Assembly: GCA_951406725.2 (NCBI GenBank) | Contig: OX597831.1 | Location: 51,336,001-51,400,000, forward strand | Length of the DNA: 64,000 bases | Origin: Octopus vulgaris | Lineage: Eukaryota | Direction of reading: 5' to 3' | Shown here: one piece after another, positions 1 to 15,649 of the stretch | Layout: every line of letters begins with the position of its first letter | Numbering within the stretch: position 1 is the first letter of the stretch | Made by a program: the position numbers and the translations under genes | The notes under the pieces: model-generated | What the model was told of the DNA's origin: nothing | The model's input: only the letters and a program-made list of their open reading frames with translations | Databases searched by the model: none

Positions 1-899
1 GTGTGTGTGTATGCATGCACGCATGTATGTGCTTGTTAACCACATAGTTTCAGGTTCAGTCCCACAGAAAATCTGCCTCAATAAACTTCCTATTTTATAA
101 AGATGACTTTCGTATGTATATAACAGAGTTGAAAAATTGATGTAACCAGGATGTTCTGCTGATCTGAAGAGCTAGCCTTCAATATCTACCTTAATTTGTA
201 AATGTTCAATAGTACTATGCCGTGTCTAGCAGGCATATTAGTGTAGACATGTAAAACAGCTGTCATCCTATGGATATCAACTAGTGAAATAAATATATTC
301 ATCTCTCATAACTCATTTAGTCTTGCCATTCAGAAAAGCCTGCAGCCCACTGTTTGCCCATGACTGATACAGATCATTTATATTCATTTATAATTTTGTC
401 CAAATTTGATTTATCTTTAGATATATCTGTGTCAGTAACACATAAAAGGCACGCATGCTGGTAATACGTAAAAGACACCCAGTATGCTTTATAAAGCGGT
501 TGGTATTAGGAAGGGCATCCAGCCATAGAAACAAAACCAAAACAGATATCTGAAGCCTGGTGCAGCTCTCCAACTTACCAGCTGCAGTCAAGCCATCTAA
601 ACCTTGCTGACATGGAAAAAAGATATTGAATGATGATGGTGATATTAAACTTCAATAATTTCTTTAAGGGATTCTGTAGCTATCAATTAAACTTTCTGAT
701 CAGGATTTTCAGAGGTTAAAATAAGACCTGGCCTTTATTTTGCAAACAAGAAAACATAATATTAAAAAGTAGCCTTAATCATTATTTATAAGTTTCAAAA
801 CTAATGTTTTTTTTCATTTACAGAGAATAAAAGGCTAGCTAAGAATTCTTAAAGTACTTTTCTATACTATAAAAATTATCAAAACTTAGTCTCTCATAC

Positions 900-1042
900 C
901 GACTTAAACCAATAAGCAAAACAGGAGGTAATTTCCAAATATCCATTTTCTTCACTGTATCTCGCTGCCTTTTGCATTGAGGACAATTCCACCGAGAATC
1001 TCCAGTCATTTCTTCTTCCTTTAAGAACAACTCCAAACAATC
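900..1042 (-). CDS. USP8: USP8 exon 19 ([48 protein letters not shown]), second CxxC
   Basis: CAG acceptor, GTATGA donor, 143 nt. Confidence 0.96.
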
Positions 1043-4000
1043 CTGGGGTGAACAAGAAAATATTTTGCTACTAATTTGCTGAAGAGGGAACAAAATTGAT
1101 TCAGACAGCTCCAGTATGATAACAAGATTATTTTATAGAGAAAAGAAAAACCAAGTAAACTCAAGCAGAATTTGAACTCGGAATACATGGCTTCTTAATC
1201 CGGTGTTTTTTTAAAATAATTAAAATAATCAAAATACAAATAAACTTGTTTAACATTTACAGTATACATACATTACAAAATCAATACCATTGTATACTTG
1301 AAGAAAAGAACAGAATCATCAGAGTACAGGACAAATAAATAGAGATATTTTTCTAGTTCTATTAGGTTCTAAGTTTAAATACCACCATGGTCAACTCTGC
1401 CACTCATCTTTTGGGGGTGGGGTGGGGTCATTAAGATAAAGTGCCACTCATGTACTAAGGTTGATGTAACTGACTAGCCCTTAGCCCAAAACTGCTGATA
1501 CAGGACCAAAATTAGATATTATTATACATTTGAAAAAAGTTGAGAAACCATTAAGATTGACTGCCTGATACAAGAAACTGAACCCCTGATTATGCTAATG
1601 TGATTGAAGAATTGCTTTTCCTCCCTTGCTTTTCATCTACTTCTGTATAATGTCAGTTTCTTGAGATGATCAAAAGTGGTTCACATTTTCAATAGTCTGA
1701 ATTGAAACAAGCATAATTGTAGAATATCTGACCAAACATCATGCTACATTAGTGGAGAAATTGTTAAAATTTATGCCCATACAGGAGTTGAACCCACCTT
1801 TGAAGTTCACAAAACACCCATTAATTATAGGGTTTCCAGCCCAAATGGTATAGCAGTGATGTGTAATTTGGATAAGTACCCATTTACAGCTAAGTAGACT
1901 TGGGCCACAATACCATCCATCCATCATTTTCTCTGCCTTCTGGGAGGGTTGTGGTGGGATAGAGACTTCTATAGGGTCCTATTAGAAGCAACAGCCATTA
2001 CACATTCCTGCTGGGTCCCCAAATATGACCAACTGATATTATGGATATTCAACCATCTCATTCTTGGTCTACTCCTCGGTCTCCTACCAGTTGGCTCAGC
2101 TTGAAAAATTTGTCTTCTGATCCTTTTCATCAACATTTTAATCACAGCTGTAATATCAGAGTGGGGGAGTAGTGGATCAACCCGGAGAGCCTCTCTGATT
2201 TCCAAGCTACACACTGTATTGAGTAATGTTACCCAATGCTGAGTTGTTACAATCATTCAATTCAAAATTCACAATTCTAAAATATTCTTTGAGAAGAGAA
2301 TGAAAGAAAAAAATTTAAAAATACTCTGAACCATTAAGAATTTCAAAATGTTTCTATGAATCTTACCTGAAGTTTACATTTTGTTGTTGTAGGAATTGGT
2401 AAGGAGAGGTACTGGAAGGTTTGAAATGTAATTGACACTTTCTTACAAGCAAGGCAGCAAAGAGTAGATTTTAATTGGCCCTAAAAAGTAACAAATTTAA
2501 AGCTTTTAGAGATTTACCACATAAACAGAGTTTTCACTTTACAACAAGTCATTGTTTAACCCTTTCAACTAGCAGACCACTGCTTAACACAAAATTCCTT
2601 GGGAAAAAACATTACTTTTCATCATTTTCCTGTGTTAATACAAAACCCTTTTGCCCCTAAACTAATAATGCCCTTAATATCTATATAATCATATCAGCTA
2701 AAGAAGAATTCTTTTCATCATTTCATCACCATAACTCACTGACAACAAAGTTTATACTTAAAACAGTTACAGATAGTAATTATTATTAGTTTCTCTCAAC
2801 AACTGTGAAATTAAAATGAATAATTTTTTTTCCTTAACAATTGCATAACGTTGTTGGGTCATGTCTGAAAAAATATTTCTTAAAATTTTAAGCGAAATAT
2901 ATGATGCCTATTCATTCACCATATTCATATTTAGAAGAATTTTCAAAATGATCATCTTTTTCATTAGTCAGCAAGCATCAAAGTGTACACTTCTTGAGTT
3001 TTATAGTACATTTCTAGTAGCAGTTTGTCACACATGTATATTTAAACAAGGAAACTGCAGATGCTAGATACATATGTCTTCATGAGTATTTCCTTTATTG
3101 CTGATGTTGACTGGACATCTTTTCAAATTCACACATTTGCATGGAATGATACAACTGGATATCATTGTAAAAGGTTAACTATTCCTTTATGAAAGACTAC
3201 CGAGGGCCAAAATTAACAATTTTTCAAACTTTTGTTCATACAAACAATAATTCAACAAGGAAAATAGTGTAGCAGCACATTTTAAGTTATGTAATTTGAT
3301 AACAATGAGCCTCATAATTGATGGCTACTTTTCTTTTTTTTTTCTTTTTTTTTTTTTTTGCAACTTAAAACTTCAAAAAATGAAATACTTTTATAGATCA
3401 ACAATTACAAGTTATTACCTGGATGAAATGCAATAAATGAGGTTCTTTATACATATTACAATCTGGAAACAGTCACAATTTATCTGTTTATGTAAATAAA
3501 GTTGGCTGCCTTGTCTAAAGACACAGTACAACATATGACAAGAAATGAGATTATGGCTAATAATCTAGAACAGGGATCGGCAACATTTTTTGTAAAGGCT
3601 CACTTTTGTATTTTTGACTGGCACTCGTGCCAGTGGCACATAAAAAGCACCCACTACACTCTTGGCATTCGGAAGGACATCCAGCAGTAGAAACCATGCC
3701 AAACCAGATTGGAACCTAGTGTAGCTCCCTGGCTTACCAGTTTTCAGTCCAACTGTCCAACCCATGCCAGCATGGAAAACAGACATTAAATGATGATGAT
3801 GATGTCTACATGTTATTATATCATATCTTACATATAAAAATAGCTTCATGTAACCCCACATTTTCATCACTAGCAATGTTTAAGCAAGCAAAAATTAAAT
3901 TGTGGCACACAAAAGACTATTTAAAAGCCATCAACTCTTCAATGGCCTACAAATACATTGGATTTTGAAAAATATTTTAGAAAAACTTTGAGGACTACAG

Positions 4001-5317
4001 AGAACATTTCAATGACTGATTCATTGTTGACACTGGATCAAGAAGCCCCATATTCAGTGGGCCCTTATATCTCGACTTGCTGGATAAACCTTAGCAGAAA
4101 CAAGCCAAGAAGAGAGCCTCAATGTGTGACTGCCCAACTTTCTAGGAATAGCAGCCAAATCTCTCAAATCATACCTAATTATCTTACAAAAAGGAAGACA
4201 CATTGAATAATGAAATTCCATAAACATTTTGGTCACAGCTGTTATGCCTTTATTATAGGCCTGCTAAGTGAGTATTGACTTGGCTGCTAAACATCCTTAG
4301 TAGCAAGTTTAAATATGAAAATATTACAACTAAGATATCTGCTAGCATACCTGAAATAAATTAACTATAATGGATTTATTCAATTTTTTATATGAATCCC
4401 ATGCAAGATCTGCTGCAACTTCCTCTGGAAGGTTTTCATTCTCTTGTTCTGGCACCGGCTCACGTTTAGTTACCTGAATGAAATGTCAGAAAACAGAGAG
4501 AAATATTTATAGGAAGTTATAGATACAAGAAAATAAAACTGAAAAGTGAGAAACTTTTAAAGGTTTGTATTAATTCAATATAATTCAAAGAAAGAATGAC
4601 ACACACACAAACACACACAAAGAAAGAATGACACACAAACACACACATAAATTTCACTTCCGGACACATTGCAGCAGTGATGACGATGACATCATTGTCA
4701 TTGTCATCATCATTTTTGTTCTCATCATAACGATGTTGTCACATCATCATTTAATATCTGTCTTCGATGCTGGTATGGATTGGACAGTTTGACAGGGTCT
4801 GATGAGCCACAGGACTATGCTAGGCTCAAATGTTTACTTAATCATGATCTCTATGGCTGGATGCTTTTCTTAGTGCCAACCACTTTATAGAGTCTACTGG
4901 GTGCATAATATTTTTTTTTTTTATAAATTAACCTGAAAATTTTATCCCTATGCAAATATCATTATTTTCGTCATTTCACATCTGCTTTCTATGCTGACAT
5001 AGGTTGGAAGGTTTGAAAGGTGGTGGTGAGCCTGAGAAGTGCATCAAGCTCTACTGTCTGCTTTGGTATGGTTTCTATGTCTGGATGCCCTTTCTAATGC
5101 CAACCACTTTGCAGAGTGTATTGGGTGCTCTTTGCATGGCACCAGCACTGGTGGGGTTACCAAGTAACTGGTAAACAAGATCCCTCAACTGAGTGGGGAG
5201 TAGTGAAGTGGCTTTGGGCTATTGATGAGAGGTTAGAGTATGATAGATGGACAGAAACAAGTATCTTGCAGTAGAGGAGATACATGGCTACTCTAGACAG
5301 AAAAAGAAGGAGGATAT

Positions 5318-5348
<31 letters not shown>

Positions 5349-8300
5349 AGATAGATAGTGAAGAAGATGTATCAGGGTGTACCATCAAATTACATGGAGA
5401 CAGACGTATATAAGTGAAATGGTACAAAGGAGGGGACAAGGTGAGTGGACAGGTAAATTCATGAGAGTATAAAAGGAGAGTGGGAGATAGAGGGGAAAGA
5501 GAGCAGACTGTGGTAAAGATAGGTAAAGGGAGGGGGGGGGGTGATGTTAGGAAGATGAGTTGTAGGAGAGAGATCTGTCAAGGACAGTGTGTGCAGAGGC
5601 ATAGATGTAAACAACAGGCCTTGAGGGCTTCATTTTTACTTAGATGGATGGGTCATCTCAAGCACAGTAAACTGCCAACCATCTCGGTCTTTTGTCATCT
5701 CTGTTAGGCTAAACATCTGAAAGGCCATTTTTCACCACTTCATCTCACATCTTCCTAGTCAACCTCTTCCACTGGTTCATTCACAGAGATCAGCACTTCT
5801 ATATGCAGCTTTCCTCATCCATACACATCACATCAACACACCAGCACAGTCTTCTCCCTTGCACACCATATCTGATGCCTCTTATGCCCAATTTCTCTCT
5901 CAAAACATTTACACTTTGTTGTACATGCACACTGACATTGCACAGCCATCAGAGCATGAAAGCAAAAATGAAATTTGAATGAGAGATACTTACCAAATTT
6001 AAGCCCTCATGTAACTGGTCTAACAAGAACGTGAGAAACTCTTGGGAATCATGCTGATCAAAACCAGCAAACATTGGTGCATATTTCCCTACAGTATTCT
6101 GCAAAATAGATAGTACACATATATTTGTGCACAAGCTTATATATTTACACACCAAGTAAAAATGTATATGTGTATGAGTGTGTATTACACTTTCTGAGAG
6201 ATTCAAAAAACCCTAAACCAGCTAACAACTCAGGTTAGTCAATCTTCTTACAGTGTCTTGCCTCCCCATCTCACTTTCCTCTCCTTACATCTCTCACCTC
6301 CGCACCACAGCCTTCATGCATTTCCCCCATCCCACTGCATTTTATTACCTACACTCCATTCCAGTCTTGCTCTCTTGATTGCCATTGTTCAGGAATTCCA
6401 GAATAGCTGGTCTACAATCCTACCGTTCACACTGTCAGCTGCCCGGACTACCACTGGTTCAGGCAGCTGACAGTTCCTACTGCTCATTTCTCCGCCACCT
6501 TGTCTATTAAATGTGAGTAACATTTAGCTCCTCTACAAAATGAAACTGCTCTCTCCCACCACTTTTCTCATATGTTGACCCCTCATCTCCAAGCATAGAG
6601 CTTCAATATCATCATCACCATCATCATCATTTTAATGTTCACCTTTCCATGCTTGCATGCAACGGAGGGAATTTATTGAGGCACATTTTCCACAGCTGGA
6701 TACCCTTCCTAACATCATCCCTCACTAAATACAGAGAGGACAAACAAGGACAGACACATGGATTAAGTCGATTATATTGACCCCAGTGCGTAACTGGTAC
6801 TTATTTAATCAACCCCGAAAGGATGAAAGGCAAAGTCGACCTTGGTGGAATTTGAACTCAGAACATAATGGCAGACGAAACACCGCTAAGCATCTTGTCT
6901 GGTGTGCTAACATTTCTGCTAGCTTGCCACCTTTTTTCAGTCCAAGGCACTGCCTTGAAAAAATTTTAGTCAAATGAATCAATCCCAGTACTTATCTTTT
7001 TCTTAAGTCAGGTACTTATTCTAATGGTTCCTTTTGCCAATCTGCTAAGTTACAAGTACATAAACATGCCAATACTGGCTGGCAAGGTGGTGGTTGAAGA
7101 CAAACATACACACACATACATACATATATGCATACAATGGGCTTCTTCCATTTTCCATCTATTACATCCACCACTCACAAGGCTTTCGTTCGCCTGAGGC
7201 TATAGTAGAAGGCACTTGCCCAAGGTGTCACACAATAGCACTGAACCCAGAACTGTGTGGTTGGGAAGCAATGTCATTATTAAGCCCATATTTGGAACAT
7301 AAAATTACATGAAATTTTGATGGTAGGTTTTCATTTAGATCACTTTAACCCTTTCGTTACCATATTTCTGTTGAAATACACTGCCTTTGTTTCAATTAAT
7401 TTTGAAAATAACGAAGAATTTAATAAAATAACTTTGTTGTTATTAAGTTGATGTTTGGAACATAAATACCAAACTTTGATGGACAGTTTCAATTTAGATA
7501 TATTTAAAACAGAATTTATATCATTGAACCAGGGCTGACTTTTGGCAGATTGGTATCAAAAGAGTTAATTAACCCTTTAACATTTAAACCGGCCATATTC
7601 GGCCAAAAATATTCTGCCTGTTTTATGTTCAAACTGGCCAGATCTGGTCTCTCACACCAACCCTACAATATTGTTTTAAAAATTAACAGCTACCTCACCA
7701 AAATCTCAGAGATACACGATAATGCTTGATTAGTTCAAAACAATGTGGATGAAAAGGCATTAATTTTGGCAGAATAATGCGAACACTAAAGGGTTAAACA
7801 TGAAGCTAATATCTTAGTTGCAGTCTCAGGTGGAATTTTATCAAGAGGCTTAACTGGTTGACCTCTACCAGTTTCTATAAGCAAGCTGTTAATTTTCTTT
7901 GTACATGTGCGATAAAAACAATGTTGGCAGTCAACTTCACATAGCTTGAATGACCCCACCTGAATCTATTGCATAAAATAGCACTGAAGTTAAAAACTAT
8001 GACAATAGTCATCCCAATGACACAGTCTCTATCTCGTTCATCCTGCTTGAAATGCCACAAAATCGCTCTTTCACAACAGGAATGATGCACTGGATAATAT
8101 CGTCCTAGATACACAATGCCTGAAAAAAAATTAAAACAATATGGTCACATCAAAGCATCCATTATCATGTCTGCTTGATGAGAGCTAAGTTGGAGCTAGA
8201 CAACAATTATGACATATGCAAACCAACACAGGAGCCTTTTACTTGGCTGCTTGATCTGCTAGAGACGGCAGTTACATTTCCCTCAAATCACACCCCAGCA

Positions 8301-9222
8301 TCTCACAAAAGGAACGACTTAACAATTCAATGCAACATTACCTTGAAATCTCTTGGTGTAATACACTTATACTGTCCACTCCAAAGTGCCTTCACTATAA
8401 CAGCAAATTCATCAACAACTTCCCCAGAATCTCCTAATACACTATTTCTGGAAGGAAAAAAAGAAGAAAAAAACAACAAAAAAGTAAGCTCAAATCACTT
8501 GGAATAAGATAAATATAAATATATAATCTAGAGTAACACAGAAAATAAGCTCATAAATAAATGGAAGTTGAATACATATAATGAATAAATAGGAGTGGAA
8601 TTTATTTTTTAACCTCATGGCTTAGGGTTTGATTGCACTAGGGAGAAGCTTGGCAAAGAGTCCTCTACTATGGCCCCAAGCTGACCAGCAAGTCTTAACC
8701 CTTTAGCATTTAAACCGACCATATCCAGCCCAAAATATTCTACCAGTTTTACATTCAAACTGACTGGATCCAGCCTCTTGTGCCTATCCTACAATGCCAT
8801 TCTAAAAGATAAACTATCACATCACTTTAGGAATGAAAATTTATTTTTACAATATTTACATCCACACTATATTTCAATTTAAGATCAAATCAACTGAAAT
8901 GAAGTGCAACATATTCCCACTGGATGGCACCTTGAGCAAGTATCTTCAACAAAAGTCCTGGGACAACCAAAGCCTTGTGTATGGATTTGGCCGCTGGAAC
9001 TGACAGCCCCCCCATCTCTGTGTGCATATAAGCATCTTATCTTATCTTAGCTAATCTTATCTTATACATATATAAAAGCAAATTGTCTGTTTGTGTCAAG
9101 TTGCTGTCTACATCCATTAACGAATTTTTGTGAAACTTTGCAAACATACTGAAGTAGCATCCAGTTTGTTACTAGGCTCATTGAAGTTTAATAAAAACCT
9201 ATAATTGGATGGCTAGGGCCCC

Positions 9223-9258
<36 letters not shown>

Positions 9259-11791
9259 CAGGATATTAGAAATGGATGATACTGATTATATAGCAGCAAC
9301 CATCATCTACAACTGTCATGTGGTGTCAAAAGGAGATACAGCCTTACACACACAAGTGCACATGTACCTAGGATTATATTAGGAGACATTTGCTCAAGGT
9401 GTTTACACAGTGAAACTGAACCCCAAACGATGTGGTTAAGAACTAAATTTCTTCAGCACACAACTATATTTAATTCATGCTAACATGGGGGAAAATGGAC
9501 AAAAAACTAACAAGAAAAAACATGCACACACAAACACACAAACTAGTGGAAAATTTCCACAGGTAGTTAAACGAGGGTAATCTTATTTTGGAATAACATT
9601 TGTAAAATATCTGAATATCTAAACTCAATACACACACACCAGGATAGTTGGTTAATGTGTTTAGTACACTGCATGAATAAAATATATTTTTCTTTCAAAG
9701 TCTACAAAGAGGGATTGTTTATAATGCTGAGTAATGCAAGAAGTGTAGTGTGCTTTATCTGTAAGCACAACAAAATGCTAATTACAAAACTTTAGCTCCT
9801 AAATTTTGTATTAGTAGCATGTAATTTTTATCTCCAAAACCACTACCTGTGACAAATATATTAATTAAAACAAACCAACAAGAGGGCTCCTATGCAGGTG
9901 CCCAACCTGCTAGAAACAGTAACCAGGCATCCTTCAAATCAAACCCTACCATCTTGAAAAAAAAAAAGAGGGACACATTGCACAATGTTGACCCTGGTAT
10001 ACAGAAAATAATGAGGTGTTCACATTTGGAAAACCCTTTTATCATAGATCTTTCCCAACAGGAATGACTTAGGGTCAAATACCAACAACAACTATATATT
10101 TAATTAATCCACAATTAGAATAGATTAGTGTTTACATAAGAGTTAGTTATAGTTTTAGTTAGTTAATCCTTGTACAAGTCAAAACAAAGCCAGTGATTAT
10201 TTCTGTTAATCTCATGAACATTACTGCACTCTGCTTAAGAGCAAAGCTGGTAAACCATCAACGCTAGGTCCTAACAAATTCTAAGTGCATGTTGTGGTGA
10301 ACAGAATTGTATCACAAAGGCTGGCATTCCTTATTAAAGACATGAAATACTTTAGTTCTGACCGGCTGCTAACAGAATAAAAATAGAAATACACCCTAGA
10401 CTATAAGATTCTCACAGACAAAGAGAAAGCATGTATGTAATTGCTTGACCTGCGAGAAATAGCAGCGAAATCTCCCTGAGATCACACTTTGCCTTCTTGA
10501 AAAATCCTTTCTTCTACAAATAGGTACAAGGCTTGAAATTTAGCAGGAGAGGGTAGTTGATTACATTGATCCTGGTACTAGACTGAAACTTTATTACATC
10601 AAACCAAAAACAGTGAAAGGCAAAGTTGACCTTGGCAGAATTTGAACTCAGAGTGTAAAGGCAAAAGAAATGCTGCTAAGCATTTTGTCTAGCATGTCAA
10701 CGATTCTGCCAGGTGGCTGCTTTTCACCTAAAGATGAAAGAACAAATTGGATAAATGTAGACCTAGATGCCTTATGCCTGAATAAAAGACAGGAAAATCA
10801 TGGCTATAAAGTCTTTAATGAGGTCTATGTGATTAAGATTGACACGGAAGTTAAATAACAATAGCTATTATTCATTTGGAACAGTGTACACAATATGCAC
10901 ATCTGTGTAGTCCAAATACAAAAAAAAAGACATTCTATTTACCTACCAGGCCTAGTTTATACTGAACTGATCAAATATTGACCCAACATAAGTAATTTTT
11001 CCTCCATTTTCCTACAACCACTTTTACCAGTCTTTGTTCTATTGAATTTTTTAAAAGCTTTCTACAAACTCAACTTAATTATACTCATTTCAGTTGCTTC
11101 CCATCAAGTTAACTGTTTGTCACATTTCGTTCACCCATTTTCAATCCACTGCAGGACGAAGTTTCAGAATGCTGTTAGCAGTTTGTTGTCAATGCTGGTC
11201 GTATATATACATGAGATGGACTCTTTCTCTGTTTGCTTCTTCTTCCAACAACCACATTCCTGTTGGCTCTTTTACGTTGTCTTTCCAACTACAAACCCAG
11301 AAGAATGCTAACAGAGTAAAACCACACCAACTTTATACAGCTATCTCAAGCAAAGTCTGAAGTGGGAGAATAAAAAGCTTAGGGGAGGTGCTATCATGTC
11401 CTATACATAATGTCACACAGTTATAAAAAAAACATTGGCATAGTGAAAGAAAGAAGCTGACCTATTTACATGATCGAGGTATGAGTCTTGCAGAAAGTAT
11501 CTGAGTAAAGCATTTGTGTTACTTAAACACTGTATTATTGAGTTCATGTAGCAGGTATTACCAATATTCTTCAAACCTGTAAGTCCATGAGACTGAAAGA
11601 ATAAAAATAAAAACAATTTTTAAAAAAAATTAACAATTAATCTCTTTTGATTTGTTTTCCAAGATTAAAACCTAAAATTGAAATAACAAAATGAATGTCT
11701 CAAAGTATCTAAACAAGGTAACTAGACTTATTGATCTATTTGTAAGAGGATTACTGAATTAAAGACTGTTGAGTATCTCTTTATCAAGTCT

Positions 11792-11856
<65 letters not shown>

Positions 11857-14314
11857 ATTTACTCTACTTGCTGTGTGAGCTAATGGGGGTTGTCTGACTT
11901 GCAAGAAATGACAACCACATATATTTCACATTACACTCTATTGTCTTTTAAAAAAAGAGGAAAGATGCATCGAATAATGTAGTCCAAGAAGTACTGTGTG
12001 TGAATAAAAGAGATGACAATCACAGCTGAAATATCTTTTATCATAGGACTACTACTTGATCAGGGTTGATTAGGAGCCAAACAACTACTCTAGTGTCAGG
12101 TAAATAATGTAGGAAGGGTTTAGTGTTTCAACTCGGATGCAGTGCAAAGCACTTAGCCAACATCACAATCACTTCAACCATTACAACACTTTATTGACAC
12201 ATAGTTATCTATTATATAAAATCAGTTCTGTCTGTCTGTCTGTGTGTCTTCTAGGATCTCGGGCATCCTCCATCCGATTGCGTTCAAATTTGATATGTAG
12301 ATACCAACGGTATCAGGGCGTGTACAAGTCTTGAAAAAATTACAAAAATCGATTCCAGGTGAGAATGCGATTGATAAAGTCATGGGAACGTGCATTTGTA
12401 CACACAAGTACATCAGCTGTTGCAATCGATACTACACGTATGCAAGAAAAATGCACGGTGTCTCAAATTTAGGTTAAATCAGTGTTTCTCAAACGGGAGG
12501 CCTATGGGACAGTTGGACAAGTTGTTTTGAGAAAATTTGGTTTAAATGTTTGACAACTCAGCATCGTCCATCGGACGAGGGGCGTTTTGCTCATACTGAC
12601 ATATAGTTAAAACAATTTACATCTGTTCATATATTGGTTATTCCATTTTAATGTTACAAATTTGGTTTTTAACATGAATATATACAACAAATATTTTACA
12701 GCTTAACAAATCTTTTTTTAGCACTAACAGATGCTTTAACAATGAAATTAACAAAAAAACAACAAACAATATTTTGTTGTACTCGTTTCTAATTATCTCA
12801 GTAAATCAGAATTTGACGTTTAAAGAGCAAGATTTAAGTTAGATTAGTTTAGATGCTGATTGTATTTAACCCTTTTGTGATTATATTGCTTACGAGTAAA
12901 CTGCATATGGTGCAATTAATTATCAATATAGCCAAAGTTTTAAAGCGGTCTAATAAAATATCTGTAATTTTATAAATTGGTTTGTGTATATGTATATACA
13001 TACATACACCAATATACAAAATTACAGATATTTCATCAAACCCTTTAAAACTTTGGCTATATTAACTGTGTGCATGTGTGTGTATGGGTGTGTGTGAGGG
13101 GTATGTGAGAGGGGGGGGGGTGAGAGAGAGAAAGAGAAAGAGAGAAAGAAAGAAAGAGAGAGAGATTTTCTAAGGTGACAAACTGGCAGAGTCATTAGGG
13201 CATAGGGTGAATACTTTGCAGTATTTGTTCTGGCTAATTGTGTTCTGATTTCAAATCCCACCATGGTCAGCTGTGTCTTTCATCCTTTCAGGATAGATAA
13301 AAATCTAGCAAGCCACAGATTGATTGGTAGAATTGTGAGAGGATTGGGCAAAATGTCTTATGGTATTTCTTTCAGCTGTTTGTGTTCTGTCAGCAATGCT
13401 TGTGACAACACTGACACCAAACTGTATCAGCCCAAGTCAGTGGTCTTTCCATTCGATAAACATTGGTGTCATGGAGAGGGGTGGTTTGCATGGCATGTAA
13501 AATTGATAGTTTTCTGCAAATATTCTGGTCCAGACTTGCACACATGTAGAGGTACCTAGACTGATGGAGGTAACAATATATACTGAAATCTCAAGAGACT
13601 ATTCATGTTATGAGATTTTGATGGCTATTTTAACTTAAATATAAATAATGTATTTTCCGATATATATAAGTCAAATTTTTCAGACCAAAATTCACAGCTC
13701 AAAAAGACAGGTTGACTTATACACCAAAACTACTTTGGAGGCCAAAAATTCCATGTGAAATGCAACAGGATTTGGCAAAAGAATGACAATGTTTGAATGC
13801 TTACACTACATGTTTACACTATAAACTACATCAGCTTGGTATTAATAGGGTTTTAATATGGTATTATTCTGCTTGTGGAAAACAGAATGAATTCTAATTG
13901 CATGTAGTAATTAATTACGTGCGGCAGTAATGTACTTAGAAACCTATTTAACATATAATATAGAGCTTCATTCTTTTTTGAGTTGAATCTCATTTTCTAT
14001 TTTCTGTGTGTGTGTGGGGAGGTACATGTGTATGATTTGATAACATAATTTAAATTGATAGAAAACACTTACCACATTGCCAAACACTGGATTCAAGTTC
14101 CTGACTCGCACCTGACTGGCGTTCGGTTTACTGTGAAGAGCTACACGGTTTCCTCCAAAACTTGAATGCATAAAATAGAGAAATATGTCTTAGAGCAGCC
14201 AACAGATCGAAATTCAACATCAAACAAAAATGAGGGTATAAGAGAGAGAGAAAATAAAAAAAGAGATATACAAAAAAATGAATTTTTTATAGAAAAAAAA
14301 TCTACAATGAACAA

Positions 14315-14347
<33 letters not shown>

Positions 14348-15615
14348 AAAGCAAAACAATTTTTTGCTTTTTAAGCAGATCTACAATTTGATGTACCTTA
14401 CTTATGAACTATTATACATTTGCTTAGCCTGCTAGGAATAACAACCAAATCTTCCTGAAATAATAGTCTACCATCTAACAAAGACAAACACATAAGATAA
14501 TGTGATCTTTAGTGCATTCCCCTCCTCCCTACCTAAGGAGGTACAAGTGCTTTCTTACACACACATATATACACATGTCAGAGTTTCTGCCTACCAAATT
14601 CACTCACAAGGCTTTGGTAGAAGATACTTATTACCCAAGGTGTCACACAGTGGGACCAAACCCGAAATGTGGTTGAGAAGCAAAAAGCAAAAGATAGAAT
14701 GATCATGGCAGAAATGACTCAATCTAAAGTCTGCTTAATCAGTAGTAACAAGTTAAACATCAACCAGATCAAGATCTTGGCTTGCTCTATACACACTCTA
14801 AGGTATTTGTTAACATAATGATATTTCACATTCCCATATACATCTACTATTCATATATCATTAATATAAAATTGGTGGAATTGTTCAAATTTAATATTTG
14901 CAGGGAAATTGCTGCAGCAAATATCATCACAGCTGAATGCTCCACTGATTGTTAATCATTCAATTATGAAAATAATAACAGAAATATTGACCCTGCACAC
15001 AAGAGAGCCTTATAAGTGTATTTTGTATTTTATCCATTTTAAATCTGTTTGTCCATGCTTACATGGGTTGGATGAATATGTTATTTGAGGCACTGTCTTA
15101 TAGCTGGACTCCTCACCTGACAGCAACCCTAGCTTATTTTTCAATTAAGGGATCACTTATTTCACATGGCCCCAAAGTTGTAAAATACCTGAATGATTTA
15201 TTGACAGGTGACACTGACAACATCACCTGTCACACTTTTGTACAAGCAAATGCAGATGTAACCACAGACATACTCACACACAGTTCCTGTCTACTATATC
15301 CACTCACAAACGTTGGGCAGGAGCTAGAATAGAAGACACTTGCTCAAGGTGCCATGTAGTGTGGCTGAACCTGGAGCCATATGGTTGGTAAGCAAATTTC
15401 CTGCCTCACAGCCACACCTGCACCTATAAAGTGTGTATTGCCTCCTCACCCATCAGAGAGTATTTTATTTTTATTCTGTCACATTCTCATGTCTTGGTAT
15501 TGAACTCTACAGCACTGGAAAATGACAAAATCAGAGGAGAGGGTATTTATCCGCTTATGGAGATCTCTGTGTACTTAACTGATAAGCTGCAATTGGACAT
15601 TATCTTTGCAGTGTA

Positions 15616-15649
<34 letters not shown>

